A stretch of DNA of 61,391 nucleotides, filler included, from 6 parts of 6 records of this genome joined end to end with filler, not necessarily neighbours in it, one strand, 5' to 3'; positions 30,701 to 41,142 are shown, counted from the whole stretch's first letter. The notes: generated from the sequence alone by a model not told the origin. Numbers and translations: made by a program.

Positions 30701-32926
30701 ACTACTTACATTAATATACCATTGATTATTTGTTCCATCCCATTGAACTGGATGACCCAAATCACCAGATGATTTCTCACTAACTCTACTTAAAATCTTA
30801 AGACTAGATCCTCCATTTACTGCAACTTCAGAATTATTGTTTGCGTCAGATTCTGAAGTTGCGAGTTTGATTGCTTTGCTGTCAACTTTGATTGCATAAT
30901 AAGTTTGATGTTCTTCTATGTTTTCTGGAAGATCTCCATCATCACTAATAATGATTACCTTTTCACCAGTTTCAATTGTGTGAGTTCCAAGTCCAAAAGT
31001 ATTTCCTGCTCCAGCAAGAGGTGCATCTGCAGAATATTCTTTTAAGGAACTGGAAGAACCATCAGACATTAAAATATCTGCTGAATAATTGGTTGCCCCA
31101 ATTGAAACATATAATTTATCATTTACTTTTGCACCAACTCTATATCCCTGAGTTAAAACTGCAGGAGCATTATCTTCGGAATTGAATCCAAAGAGATATA
31201 ATCTACTATTATCTGCGACAGATGTTGTTACTCCAACATCAATTGTCAACCAGTCAATATCTTCATCTGCGGAAGTTACTGATCTTGGTGTTATAATATT
31301 AGTAATATATGCCTGATTATCCTTTGCAAATGCGTCCTTCTTAAATCCCGAAGAAATCAGTGCTAATTGTCCAAAGTTTGAGTTTGAGTTTGTGATTGAT
31401 GCATCACCACCACTCTCAGCATCAAAGTGTTTGTTATATCCAATAGCGAATACGGAAACGATTTGTAAGATGGCATCATTAGATATCTTAATGTGAGATG
31501 TTTCCCATCCGGTTCTGTAAATTGCATCGGAATCTAGATGATATACTGTTCCGGTGCTTGATGAATTTGCTGATAAAGTTGCTCCAGTTACTGTTGAGAT
31601 GCCAATATTATCAGAATAATCTCTGTTTGTTGAATTATATTTTACAAAAGCACGATCGTCTTTCTGAAGAGAAACACCAGTAAACTGTGCTACAACCATT
31701 GAACGGAAACCTGCCGCTTTGCTACCATCGGCGTGCATTCCGTTCATTCCATAAACAGAACGAAGAGAAATATTAAAGATATATGGAGATGCACCAGTAA
31801 CAGTGTCAGTTTCTACAGTTACTGTCGCAGAACTGGCATCACCAGTTGCTGGTAGTGTTGCTCTAAAATCTGGTAATAGATATGTGAATTTTTTGGGATC
31901 TGTAGAATCTGCAATAATTTTAGTTGAAATATTATAATCAACAGGAGATACACCACTAATTTTGACAGGAGTTCCAGTTGTAAGTTCATGATCCACCGCT
32001 GTTGTAACGGTTATCAAGTTGCTCGCAGTTACACCATCTCCAGATATAATTGATTGAATATCAATTGGATCTGCTGCAAATGCGCCAACAATTTCCCATT
32101 CTGGACGTTGTTTTGCAAATCCATTTATATCAGTAGGATACTTATTATCAATATCTCTACCAGATGCAACGTTAAATGCATTTGATAGTTTTCCATAATA
32201 CATATCAAGATCTGTAAGTTGACTATCTTGATATTCATTTACACCATCAGCATACTCAAAACAAGTTAACTTATGGTGTGAAAATATTGGTTTTGACTGA
32301 TTGTTTACGGAGAAATCTGAATCATCAGTGTAAACTAATCCATTTTCATTTCCATCAAAGAATGAAAACTGCCAAAAATAGCAAGCACCAGTAATCTTAA
32401 AGATTGCTGTTGGATTTACACTTGAATCAGTTGGGTTTGGAACGTATTTTGGACGTATTTTAGTTTTTCTTAAGTCAAGACCAACAATAGAAGTTCCCCT
32501 AGGAACTATAACACCACCGTAAATACTATTAAACTTATATAAAACGTTATCTTCATCATCTATATTGAAGTTTGAAGATAAAGATAATGATAAAACATCA
32601 GATGCAGTTTCTGGAGTTCCACCTCCAGGGGAAATTACTTGTGCTGTTGAACCACTTTTTGTAAGGACATATCCAGGTCTATTATCAATTTCGTGCTCAC
32701 CTGGCATTAAGAGAATAGTAGTTTTTTCTACCTCATCATTACTGTCCCCTTTCAAATATGAAAATCTTGCTGCCTCTATCAGAGCTCTTTGTACGGTTTT
32801 AAATGGTTGGGCAAGAGAATTTCCTTGATTACTGACACTATCAGTTGAATCAATATCACTTGGACTTACATATAAAATACGACCTTCAGTATTCTTGATA
32901 AAATTGTCTAATTTATTCAGAGGCAT
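27728..32926 (-). CDS. Large tail fibre/structural protein with C-terminal intramolecular chaperone (peptidase S74)
   Basis: N-terminal ILYVSP...PFKTVQRAL; repeated T..HxL..G domains; C-terminal WSSDERLKDNI...VGLIAQEIEKVLPEAV plus coiled coil. Confidence 0.85.
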   Translation of the reverse strand: MPLNKLDNFIKNTEGRILYVSPSDIDSTDSVSNQGNSLAQPFKTVQRALIEAARFSYLKGDSNDEVEKTTILLMPGEHEIDNRPGYVLTKSGSTAQVISPGGGTPETASDVLSLSLSSNFNIDDEDNVLYKFNSIYGGVIVPRGTSIVGLDLRKTKIRPKYVPNPTDSSVNPTAIFKITGACYFWQFSFFDGNENGLVYTDDSDFSVNNQSKPIFSHHKLTCFEYADGVNEYQDSQLTDLDMYYGKLSNAFNVASGRDIDNKYPTDINGFAKQRPEWEIVGAFAADPIDIQSIISGDGVTASNLITVTTAVDHELTTGTPVKISGVSPVDYNISTKIIADSTDPKKFTYLLPDFRATLPATGDASSATVTVETDTVTGASPYIFNISLRSVYGMNGMHADGSKAAGFRSMVVAQFTGVSLQKDDRAFVKYNSTNRDYSDNIGISTVTGATLSANSSSTGTVYHLDSDAIYRTGWETSHIKISNDAILQIVSVFAIGYNKHFDAESGGDASITNSNSNFGQLALISSGFKKDAFAKDNQAYITNIITPRSVTSADEDIDWLTIDVGVTTSVADNSRLYLFGFNSEDNAPAVLTQGYRVGAKVNDKLYVSIGATNYSADILMSDGSSSSLKEYSADAPLAGAGNTFGLGTHTIETGEKVIIISDDGDLPENIEEHQTYYAIKVDSKAIKLATSESDANNNSEVAVNGGSSLKILSRVSEKSSGDLGHPVQWDGTNNQWYINVSSGNDIYTQLNTLGVSGIGAKTNASFIKRKTDSRSLDEKIYKVRVVIPKESTNAKNPENGFIIQESSTTGVRTDSDFDPVSNLTRSDFNFEKNPRFISTCSRSGTTVTVISELPHNLDIGDSVNIRNVTDDTVTGVGTFNRGYNGTFTVSDVTDDLTFEYTTTATPGTFTNDTSTRTADLPRFERNNLQSNLYVYRNEIIKEYIEGQQDGIYHLYVTNSNNKIPTEFTNLKYSQNIVNLYPQLDRDNIDDNPLPTRSFAVRSPLGKVVTSDLKKSITKESLDLLATKLGIGLTISSVSNSATSATITFAREHGLSGIVTYSSITGGSGHTNGDYHNVKLYDNVSKSSWQGATARIGVTGGAVTSVDIISSGSGYVDGDTLYVDNAQMGGSVNSSISVSTSGISSAINTVVQFTGSTTTEDTLHRITSVGADNQISIAKTSGDTVITNDQYAVVVGPAVSIDSTIFDSTAGITTFICTSAHGLVAGNKFRLLDTSNNNLGDFHVKTRSGVTSFTSVTTNSVGVATYVLKSAFTSNDSISNSSNENLGVRGFSIYDNELLTLSAGITTTATEIEISSPVSGIATTKRFPIGSYIQVDEEIMRVASKSLTGASNNKLTVIRGVLATNQKSHSLGSLVKKIKPLAVEFRRPSIIRASGHTFEYLGYGPGNYSTGLPQVQNKTLNEREEFLVQSQERSSGIVVYTGMNNKGDFFIGNQKKSSATGEESTFDTPIPTVTGADPSRLSSVFDEVIIKERLVVEGGDSNQILSQFDGPVTLTNNVTTKNQVTSSGKVQITNTESDAFTVTGGSVFDSEVVLNTGIVPDSDEGAYVGTAALPFSEGHFGEIRIAVTNNNTIDTASGNLILDAATNIVDINAATNITGNTIITGILSVTDDITAFWSSDERLKDNITPIDDPLTKVVSISGNTFDWNEKSNKSGHDVGLIAQEIEKVLPEAVVTRDNGYLAVDYHKVVPLLVEAIKELSDKVETLEQKLSDK
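27729..27735 (-). promoter_or_regulatory. Late promoter core ATAAATA overlapping the upstream stop
   Basis: GATAAATAACT about 16 nt upstream of the 543-aa fibre ATG. Confidence 0.55.
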
Positions 32927-32936
32927 TGTATTTCTG

Positions 32937-33036
32937 NNNNNNNNNNNNNNNNNNNNNNNNNNNNNNNNNNNNNNNNNNNNTTAATTAATTAANNNNNNNN
33001 NNNNNNNNNNNNNNNNNNNNNNNNNNNNNNNNNNNN
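32937..33036. other. Artificial contig linker
   Basis: N run with TTAATTAATTAA. Confidence 0.98.
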
Positions 33037-33171
33037 TGCTCCTAGATTAGAGATGTCTCTAGCTTCTGCCTTTTTGTCTATTAGCTTTTTGTATATTTTT
33101 ATTGCCTTTTCAGGTTCTTCTGTTGCATGGTACTCCCAGGCTTTTTTTCTTAGTTCTTCCATCTGATTCAT
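33037..33171 (-). CDS. TPR protein, 5' fragment
   Basis: AWEYH...KAIKIYKKLI...ISNLGA, TPR-like. Confidence 0.55.
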
Positions 33172-34909
33172 GGTTCCTTCAGTTCCTCTTCAATCTGGTG
33201 TTGACCCTAAGGCCTTTATGTTGCAGGCTGAACAGATCACAGATCCGTCTACACTTGAACAATATTTAGATTACTCTGTCTCGCGGCTGGGCTCAATATG
33301 GCCTTTAGTTCACGCCTATCTTTTATGGCGGCTTAATCGTTATGAGGCTCTTCGAAATTTACTCCTCTCATTGCCTTCAGATTTTCATGCTAATTCTCAG
33401 TACTGGTTGTTACTCGGATTGGCCCAAAACGATCTGCCCGCGTCTTTTTCTACGGTTGAAAGATGTTATCGCCGTGCATTAAAATTGTCTCCGGATCGAG
33501 CTGACTTAAATTATAATCTTGCCAATATATTGCGTCATTCTGATTCTTCTTATGCTCTTGCCTTGTATAAGATCAGTCTTACCATTGACTCCTACCAACC
33601 TCAATGCTGGCATAATTATGGTTCTCTTCTGCTTGAATTTCATCGTTTTCATGATGCTCTTCTTGCATTCAAGACTTCTTTGTTTTTAGATCCTTATAAT
33701 GTTAGCGTACTTTGTGATCTTGGCTTATTATTATTTGATTTACATTTTCATGTTTCAGCAGAAAAAGCCTTCCTTTTGGCTATCTCCCTTGATCCGTCTT
33801 TTTCAACTAATCATATTAATTTAGGCTCCTTGTTCCTCTCTAAGGCTAAGGACCTTGATGCCTTGAGATCTTTTCATAATGCTTTGAAGCTCGAGCCGTC
33901 CTCATCAAGCGCTTTATTCAATCTTGGTTTATGTCATCTTACACTCGGCCATTTTGCATCTGGGTGGATTTATTACGAAGAACGATTACGAACTGAAATT
34001 GTCCCTTCCTCTGTATTCCCTTCAACTGGCCCCCTTATTACGTCCCTAAATGTATTTCAGGATTATGGGGATAAAACTATCCTAGTTTGGTCTGAGCAAG
34101 GACTCGGTGATACGATTCAATTCTCACGATACCTATTATTTTTTCACTCTATGGGCATATCATTTAGGTTTTTTTGTCAAAAAGAATTGTTCACTTTATT
34201 TTCAAAGTGGTTTATCTCTCCTCTTAATCTTTCGATACTTCCACCTAATTCACAGCATACTTCGCTCCCGCATATACCCTTACTCAGCTTGCCTCGACTT
34301 TTTAATACCCAGGAATTTTCGATACCCTCCTCAATCCCATATTTTTCTTCATGTGCAGAGTTGCCATCCCATCTTCAGGTTCCCAAGCCGCCTGGCGGTT
34401 TATCGGTTGGTATTTGCTGGGCTTCAAATCCAGAGAATAAGAAAATGTATTCAAAGAAATCAATTCCTCTGCGTTTAATAATGCCCTTATTCTGTGATCT
34501 TCTAGAACTTGATTTGATTGATTTACATTCTTTACAGGTTGGTTCTGACACCCTTCAGTTGTCTCCATGGTCATCACAGTCACGTGTTACCGATTGGTCT
34601 CACAAACTTCTAGACTTTTCTGACACCGCCACTGTTATTCAACAACTTGATTTTGTCATAAGCGTTGATACTGCTACAGCACATCTTTCGGCCTCTCTAG
34701 GTTGCCCAACCTGGATACTTTTACCATTCGATGCTGACTTTAGATGGATGAGGAATCGCACTGATTCTCCTTGGTATCCTGGCATTGTCAGACTCTTCAG
34801 ACAAACTTCCTACAATGATTGGAGTACTATTGTGCAGCCTCTACGTACCGCTTTAAATCAGCTCTTTCATGTTGATTGTCAGGCTTTGGCCTCTTCCCAA
34901 TTCAAGTGA
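33170..34909 (+). CDS. TPR-repeat protein with C-terminal glycosyltransferase-like (GT9-like) domain
   Basis: Multiple TPRs; EQGLGDTIQFSRY, DFSDTA, ISVDTATAHLSASLG, ADFRW...DSPWYP..RLFRQ. Confidence 0.85.
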   Translation: MVPSVPLQSGVDPKAFMLQAEQITDPSTLEQYLDYSVSRLGSIWPLVHAYLLWRLNRYEALRNLLLSLPSDFHANSQYWLLLGLAQNDLPASFSTVERCYRRALKLSPDRADLNYNLANILRHSDSSYALALYKISLTIDSYQPQCWHNYGSLLLEFHRFHDALLAFKTSLFLDPYNVSVLCDLGLLLFDLHFHVSAEKAFLLAISLDPSFSTNHINLGSLFLSKAKDLDALRSFHNALKLEPSSSSALFNLGLCHLTLGHFASGWIYYEERLRTEIVPSSVFPSTGPLITSLNVFQDYGDKTILVWSEQGLGDTIQFSRYLLFFHSMGISFRFFCQKELFTLFSKWFISPLNLSILPPNSQHTSLPHIPLLSLPRLFNTQEFSIPSSIPYFSSCAELPSHLQVPKPPGGLSVGICWASNPENKKMYSKKSIPLRLIMPLFCDLLELDLIDLHSLQVGSDTLQLSPWSSQSRVTDWSHKLLDFSDTATVIQQLDFVISVDTATAHLSASLGCPTWILLPFDADFRWMRNRTDSPWYPGIVRLFRQTSYNDWSTIVQPLRTALNQLFHVDCQALASSQFK

Positions 34910-35661
34910 TGACTAGCTCGACTCCTTTGTCTGAACATCCGTTATCTTTCCCTCTTACGTCTAGTCAGGTTTTTATTCTTGTCCAGCGTATGGAACTATT
35001 GCAACAGCTTCTTCGTCGACAGCAAGAGGAAGAGATTATTTCTTTAGTTCCTATCGATGTGAATTACATTAATCAAAAAAGGTCTGAATTTATTGGCTCG
35101 GGATCTTTAGATCAAATTCTTCGCGAAAAGTACTGGTCTTCCTCTGATCTTGATCTTCATTTGTTTCGACCTGAAGCGCTTCGACTATTTTCAGAATTTC
35201 GTTTTGGTCCAGGTTTAGAGGAGTTCTTTCTCTCTTCTGGCGGTGGTCATGACCAAGTTATCTATTCTGTTTTACGTGTTCGGGATCCTGGTCTCGCACA
35301 AGAACTTTGGATACGTCTAGAAGAAAGCGAATCTACTTTTGCTGAACTTGCTTCGACATTTGGAGAAGGTCCTGAGGCTTCACGTAAGGGTATTCTTGGT
35401 CCTTTGCCTATGGGAAATATTGCCCCCCCCCAATTGGTCGAAATGCTTAGGACACTTGAAGTAGGTCAGATATCCCCTCCTACAGCATTGGGTGACTGGA
35501 TTGTCTTGGTTCGTCTTGAGCAACTAACTCCAGCTCGTTTTGATTCGAAGATGCGTGATTTCCTTTTGGATCTTCAATTAAACACTCTTCTTGAGTCTCG
35601 TGTTAGCAGAATTCTAAACGGTGAATCTGTCGATGAATTAACTTATTTTCCCTCAACATGA
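34909..35661 (+). CDS. PpiC-type peptidylprolyl isomerase associated with T1SS
   Basis: QVIYSVLRV, AQELWIRL, FAELASTFGEGPE...GILGP, VRLEQLTPARFD; start uncertain. Confidence 0.8.
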   Translation: MTSSTPLSEHPLSFPLTSSQVFILVQRMELLQQLLRRQQEEEIISLVPIDVNYINQKRSEFIGSGSLDQILREKYWSSSDLDLHLFRPEALRLFSEFRFGPGLEEFFLSSGGGHDQVIYSVLRVRDPGLAQELWIRLEESESTFAELASTFGEGPEASRKGILGPLPMGNIAPPQLVEMLRTLEVGQISPPTALGDWIVLVRLEQLTPARFDSKMRDFLLDLQLNTLLESRVSRILNGESVDELTYFPST

Positions 35662-38600
35662 CTAATTCCACTCCTGACACTTTTACGACTCTTCTTAGTC
35701 GTTTTGCTCCATTTGCTGATTTAGATGATGATCGTTTGTCTTGGCTATCTCAGAATGCTCGTCCTTACCATTGCAGTGTTGGACAGCAACTGTTAGTTAA
35801 GGATCGACTTCCTGATTTTTTTTATTGTGTTGTTGAGGGACGTGCACGTCTTCTGCATCACGACCCAGCTTTACGAAGGCCAGTTACCTTAGCTTATTCT
35901 CATCCTGGAGATATCATTGGCTGGGCTGGCTTAGCTCGTCGATCTCCATGTGAATGGATCACTGCTGCTACTCCGCTCAAGCTTATTGGTTTTCAATCTG
36001 ATATTTTTTATGAATTGGAGCGTGATTGTCCTTCCTTTGCTAGTTGGCTTGATATCAATAATTCACCATCTGAGCTTATTCGTATTTTAGAGCATTCATT
36101 ACGAAGCCGTCCTACTGCGGAGCCTGATGAGCGCGAGGTTTTACGCAGATTACTTCCATCGATGAAGCTTATTCCCGCTCGAATGTTACGTAAGCTTCCT
36201 GATGATGTTGATACTTCACTTTATCTTTGGAATGCGCAACCTCCTGGTTTTTCTCTGCCTGTTGGTCAACCAGTAGATCCCGAAATATTGTCATCCATTC
36301 CTCCTGAGTTTGCCTTACGTTTATTCTCTGTTGAAAGGTCCACTTGGTTATTAGCGCTTAAACCACCCCTAGCTTCTCCTCCTACTCAAGAACTTTCAGT
36401 TGTCACTGCCTTATGGGGGCACGATCGTTACTCTGATTTGCTAGCACCCACTCCTGAAGGAGAGCGTGTATCTACTTCAGATTCTGAATCGTCTTCTAGT
36501 GATTCATTCCGTTGGCGTGGACGTCGAGTCCCTGTAGTAACTGGCATTGGGTCTTTAGAACAGACTCTCGCTTGTTTGGAGATGCTAGCTTTATTTTATA
36601 ATGTACCTTTTCGGCGAGATATACTCGAACGTGCAGCTCGTGACAGTCTTAAGGATAATCCTGCTTCACTTCAAGTTACTGGCAATCTATCTGGTTTTCT
36701 TGGTTTCATTGGAACAATTAGTGATATTCCAACTTCACAGCTACCTCGTTTGCCTTTTCCCTGCTTTGTTCTCATTGATAATCAACTTTCAATGTTACAT
36801 GATATCTCTAATGGTCATGTCAAAGCTGTCCTTCCTGAGTACGGACGAGTGTTATTACCTCTGTCAGATTTAGTAGGTGAAAATGATGGTTTACAAGTTT
36901 TGTGTCTATCCCCTGGTCGTGAAGCACTCAATCGTAAATTAGGCCTTTCATGGTTTCTCCCTCAGATACGTAAATACCGTAGAAGTCTATTAGAAGTACT
37001 TGCTGCTTCTCTTGTGCTGCAGCTATTAAATCTTGCTCAACCACTTGTAATGCAGCAAATTTTTGACAAAGTTATTGTTCAGCAAAATTTAGATACTTTA
37101 TATACTTTGGGTTTTGTTTTATTAGGAGTTAGTTTTTTTCAGGGTTTGTTAGGTGCTGTACGCACTTATCTTTTCGCTGATACTACTAATCGTATTGATA
37201 TTGCTTTGGGTGCACAAGTTATTCAACATCTGCTTAAGCTTCCTCTTCGTTATTTTGATAAGCGTCCTGTTGGTGAACTTCAAACTCGTCTTGCTGAGCT
37301 CGGAAATATTAGGGGTTTTCTTACAGGTAGTCTTTTAACTCTTGCTTTAGATTCTGTCTTTTCTGTCATCTATATAGCTGTCATGCTTTTCTATTCTGGA
37401 GTTCTTACCGCTGTCACTCTTGGTGTAATCCCTTTATTTTTGGGTCTTACTATTGTGGCTTCCCCTGTCATCAGAGGTCAGCTACGTAAGGCAGCAGAAA
37501 AAAATGCCGCCACTCAAAGTTTTTTAGTCGAATCCTTAAATGGTGTTCAAACCATCAAAGCCCAAAATGCTGAAAATAATGTTCGCTGGCAGTGGCAACG
37601 TCGATACTCCGGTTTCATGACTGAATCATTTCGTTCTTTAATGATTGGCGTTTCTGCAGGTACAATTGGTGGTTTTTTGAGTCAACTTACTGGGTTACTT
37701 ACTCTTTGGGTTGGTGCTTATCTAGTCATTCAAGGTGACCTTACTATTGGTCAGCTTATTGCTTTTAGGATTATTTCAGGTTATGTCGTAGGCCCTCTCC
37801 TAAATTTAGCGACCAGTTGGCAAACATTCCAGGGTGTTGCATTATCTATTGAAAGACTTAGTGACGTCATTGATGCAAAGACAGAAGAAGGAGAAAATGA
37901 CATTGATCAATTACCTCTTCCTCCAGTTGCAGGTGAGGTTGTTTTTCAGAATGTGGATTTTCGTTTTTCTGAAGCTACAAAGCTTGTCGTTAATAGAGTT
38001 TCTTTTGAGGTTCCTGCTGGTGCTTTTGTTGGTATCGTTGGTAGAAGCGGTAGTGGTAAAAGTACTGTTATGAAATTGCTTCCCCGGCTTTATCAACCCT
38101 CTGATGGAAGGATTCTTATTGATGGATATGATATTGCAAAGTTACAGCTAGGATCTGTTCGCCGTCAAATTGGTATTGTCCCTCAGGATAGTCTTTTGTT
38201 TGAGGGTACACTTCGTGATAATATTGCTTTAACGTCTCCAGATTCTACTTTTGACCAGATTGTTTTAGCCGCCAAGGTTGCATGCGCTCATGATTTCATA
38301 ATGGAGCAACCCAACGGCTACGCCACTCGTATAGGTGAGCGTGGTTCCGGTCTTTCTGGAGGACAGCGGCAACGTATTGCAATTGCACGTGCTGTTCTTC
38401 AAAGACCATCACTATTGATTCTTGATGAGGCAACTAGTGCCTTGGATTATTTAACGGAACGTCAAGTTTGTCTTAATCTAAAGAAGAAATTTGTTGGTTC
38501 AACTGTCTTTTTCATTACTCATAGGCTCTCTACTATACGTTCATCGGATTTGATACTTATGATGGAAAATGGTTTTTTAGTCGAACGAGGTACTCATGAT

Positions 38601-38666
38601 CAGTTAATTTCTGACGAGGGCCGATATTTTGCACTCTATTCCCAGCAGGAGTCCGATCTTGACTGA
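35658..38666 (+). CDS. Type I secretion ABC transporter (HlyB-like) with N-terminal cNMP-binding and C39-like domains
   Basis: cNMP-like N-terminus, LPLRYFDKRPVGEL, GRSGSGKS, LSGGQRQRIAIARA. Confidence 0.9.
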   Translation: MTNSTPDTFTTLLSRFAPFADLDDDRLSWLSQNARPYHCSVGQQLLVKDRLPDFFYCVVEGRARLLHHDPALRRPVTLAYSHPGDIIGWAGLARRSPCEWITAATPLKLIGFQSDIFYELERDCPSFASWLDINNSPSELIRILEHSLRSRPTAEPDEREVLRRLLPSMKLIPARMLRKLPDDVDTSLYLWNAQPPGFSLPVGQPVDPEILSSIPPEFALRLFSVERSTWLLALKPPLASPPTQELSVVTALWGHDRYSDLLAPTPEGERVSTSDSESSSSDSFRWRGRRVPVVTGIGSLEQTLACLEMLALFYNVPFRRDILERAARDSLKDNPASLQVTGNLSGFLGFIGTISDIPTSQLPRLPFPCFVLIDNQLSMLHDISNGHVKAVLPEYGRVLLPLSDLVGENDGLQVLCLSPGREALNRKLGLSWFLPQIRKYRRSLLEVLAASLVLQLLNLAQPLVMQQIFDKVIVQQNLDTLYTLGFVLLGVSFFQGLLGAVRTYLFADTTNRIDIALGAQVIQHLLKLPLRYFDKRPVGELQTRLAELGNIRGFLTGSLLTLALDSVFSVIYIAVMLFYSGVLTAVTLGVIPLFLGLTIVASPVIRGQLRKAAEKNAATQSFLVESLNGVQTIKAQNAENNVRWQWQRRYSGFMTESFRSLMIGVSAGTIGGFLSQLTGLLTLWVGAYLVIQGDLTIGQLIAFRIISGYVVGPLLNLATSWQTFQGVALSIERLSDVIDAKTEEGENDIDQLPLPPVAGEVVFQNVDFRFSEATKLVVNRVSFEVPAGAFVGIVGRSGSGKSTVMKLLPRLYQPSDGRILIDGYDIAKLQLGSVRRQIGIVPQDSLLFEGTLRDNIALTSPDSTFDQIVLAAKVACAHDFIMEQPNGYATRIGERGSGLSGGQRQRIAIARAVLQRPSLLILDEATSALDYLTERQVCLNLKKKFVGSTVFFITHRLSTIRSSDLILMMENGFLVERGTHDQLISDEGRYFALYSQQESDLD

Positions 38667-39915
38667 TCTTAATCCCAAAACTCCATCAACTCCACCTAGT
38701 CCTTTTAAAGCCTGGGAAGGAAGCTCAGCTTTTGTCGAGCAAGGTCGTCACTGGTCATCTACTTTTATATGGCTAACTGCAGGTCTTTTTGGTTTCTCAC
38801 TTGTTTGGCTCTTTACAGCAAAAGTTGACCAAACAATTAGTGTACGTGGCCAGATAAAGCCCTCAGGTAGTGTTCGAGAACTTGAATCGCCAAGTGCTGG
38901 AGTTGTCCTTGACTTGTTTGTTAAGGATGGTGATAATGTTTTGCTTGGGCAATCTCTACTTACTATAGAAGCTCAAGGTTTAACCAGTCGTCTTTTATCC
39001 GTTGAACAAAATCTTCAGCTTCTGGAACTAGAGTCTAGATCATTACAAACGATCGTTTCCGCTAATGGTAATCCGGATCTTTTTGGGCCTCTGCCTACCA
39101 TTCCACCAATATCTGATCCCGATTTACGAAATAAAATGTTTGTAGCACGTAATCAGACATTGCAAAGGAGATCCCAATTAAAGCAACTTTATATACGTAT
39201 AGCTAGTAAGCGTGAATCTTTACGATTAGAAGATCAGATCGTTAAGGATCTCAAGCCTGTCTATGATGGTGGTGGCATTTCACGTAATGCTTACCTTAAA
39301 CAACTCAATAATTTGCAAGAGCTTAACGGTGCTATTGCCGAACTTGAATCTGAAATTACCCGCGTTTTAGGTAGTATTATTAGTAAGCTCAATGTTAATA
39401 ATCGACAATCTCTTACACTTCGTTCAGAATATATATCTATCAAAGAGGCTATCGGGTATCGTACAGTTAAGGCTCCAATCTCTGGTAAAGTTTTTGACCT
39501 TAAGGTTTCTTCTTATTCTGTCGTCGGTAGTTCAGAAACACTTTTAAAAATTGTACCCGATAATAAACTTGTTGCAAATGTTGAAATCCCTAATACTGAC
39601 ATAGGCTTTGTTAGGGTCGGTCAGTCTGTCTCAGTTGCCATTGATTCTTTTCCTTCTGGTGAATTTGGTTATATTGATGGACAATTAGTTAGTTTCGGAT
39701 CGGATGTTTTGCCTCCAGACCGTAGTTCACCCGTGCAGTATTTCCCTGGTCTTATAAGTTTAAAGCAGCAGGAGGTTCTTTCAGGTTCAAAAGTATTAAA
39801 TTTACAGAGTGGAATGGCAATTACAGCTAATATTAAACTCAGATCGAGGCCCGCAATCACATTACTTACCGATATTTTTACAAAGCAATTGGACGGTATT
39901 AAGCGTTTTCGATAA
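38629..39915 (+). CDS. HlyD-family T1SS membrane fusion protein (start probably near 38659)
   Basis: VDQTISVRGQIKP, VKAPISGKVFDL, DIGFVRVGQ, FPSGEFG, LQSGMAITANIK. Confidence 0.88.
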   Translation: MHSIPSRSPILTDLNPKTPSTPPSPFKAWEGSSAFVEQGRHWSSTFIWLTAGLFGFSLVWLFTAKVDQTISVRGQIKPSGSVRELESPSAGVVLDLFVKDGDNVLLGQSLLTIEAQGLTSRLLSVEQNLQLLELESRSLQTIVSANGNPDLFGPLPTIPPISDPDLRNKMFVARNQTLQRRSQLKQLYIRIASKRESLRLEDQIVKDLKPVYDGGGISRNAYLKQLNNLQELNGAIAELESEITRVLGSIISKLNVNNRQSLTLRSEYISIKEAIGYRTVKAPISGKVFDLKVSSYSVVGSSETLLKIVPDNKLVANVEIPNTDIGFVRVGQSVSVAIDSFPSGEFGYIDGQLVSFGSDVLPPDRSSPVQYFPGLISLKQQEVLSGSKVLNLQSGMAITANIKLRSRPAITLLTDIFTKQLDGIKRFR

Positions 39916-41041
39916 TCTTATTGTAAATTCTTTCTGTCATTGTCGTTGTTTTTTCCCAGTTATACTCTGCAAGTATTCTTTCCTTCATCATTGTAGTTCT
40001 TTCTGAATTTCTACCGGCCTGCCAGGCTTTTACAACCGACCTATGTATACTTTCAGGATCAGCTGGATCAGCTAGCCATGCATTTTTTTGCAGATATTCT
40101 AGTTCGTGGCCGAATGTACTTCCTACCAACGGTATTCCATTCAATCCTGCTTCTAAACTTACTAAACCACAGGTATCCATCCAACTAGCGAGACAATGTA
40201 CGCGTGCTGCAGCATATGCCGACGCTAATATATCCTGTGGCAAATGGTTGATGATTTTTAAATTTTCACCACTAATAGCCTTGCATAGCTCAGCATATGC
40301 TGGCCAATGTTTAGTTCCGCCAATTAATACAATTGGAATTTTTGTATTTCTCATCGCCCAGCATAACATTGCTTGATTTTTTCCTGGCTCTATTCTTCCT
40401 GCTTGCAGAACAAAATCACCCTTTATCCCTGTTTGTCTCCTAAATAATTCTGGATCAGCATCTAAAAACAGTTTAGGATCAGCGCCATAATGTGCAATTT
40501 CGTAATTATCGCCTGTCCATTTTAAGTCATTTTGCACTGACTTTAGCTCTAATAAGCTATTTGGAAGCAAACCATCAACCGTATTTAGTATGTTTCCTAG
40601 GCTTTTTTCCCAGCTCAAATCATATGTTCCTTTTCCCTCTGCATTTATGGTTTCCCCATTCACATTTACGATTAACTCTCTTGCTTGTAACAGTTCAAGT
40701 TCCTCTTTTATACTTTCTTCTCCGGATATTATTCCTTTAGACAGTATGCTGAATGTTCCGCGGCTACCCCAGATTGCCCTTCCGATGGATATCCATATTG
40801 GAGAAACTACTATCGGAACCCCTACAGCTTGGCATGTTGATATTTGTTGTACAAATGAGCTATACACTCTACTATTAAATATATGTACTATATCTACTCC
40901 TTTTACTTCAGGATTATCACTATTCTGAATTGTTATCTCATGTCCTCTTTTCATTAATCTTTTTGCTGTCTCTCTCAATTGAACGCTATCTCCCCCTCCC
41001 CATTCTCCTGCTGTTCCGTGATTGACTAGTGCAATTTTCAT
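39899..41041 (-). CDS. GT-B glycosyltransferase (GT4-like)
   Basis: GGGDSVQ, GRIEPGKNQ, SWMDTCGLVSLEAG, YNWEKT. Confidence 0.85.
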   Translation of the reverse strand: MKIALVNHGTAGEWGGGDSVQLRETAKRLMKRGHEITIQNSDNPEVKGVDIVHIFNSRVYSSFVQQISTCQAVGVPIVVSPIWISIGRAIWGSRGTFSILSKGIISGEESIKEELELLQARELIVNVNGETINAEGKGTYDLSWEKSLGNILNTVDGLLPNSLLELKSVQNDLKWTGDNYEIAHYGADPKLFLDADPELFRRQTGIKGDFVLQAGRIEPGKNQAMLCWAMRNTKIPIVLIGGTKHWPAYAELCKAISGENLKIINHLPQDILASAYAAARVHCLASWMDTCGLVSLEAGLNGIPLVGSTFGHELEYLQKNAWLADPADPESIHRSVVKAWQAGRNSERTTMMKERILAEYNWEKTTTMTERIYNKIIENA

Positions 41042-41142
41042 AGAATTCTTTTCGCCTCTCTATTCTCTCATATGGTTCTGATCTTTTGGTTCTTACGTTT
41101 CCCAATTTCTCAACTTCTTTCACTGTGTTCCTTTAACTTCTT

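Noticed and set aside
17650-32936. Prophage integrated in a Synechococcus chromosome at the DEAD-box gene
   Set aside because: Junctions are artificial N/TTAATTAATTAA linkers; there is no integrase or att site and genes are cut mid-frame, so adjacency across linkers has no biological meaning.
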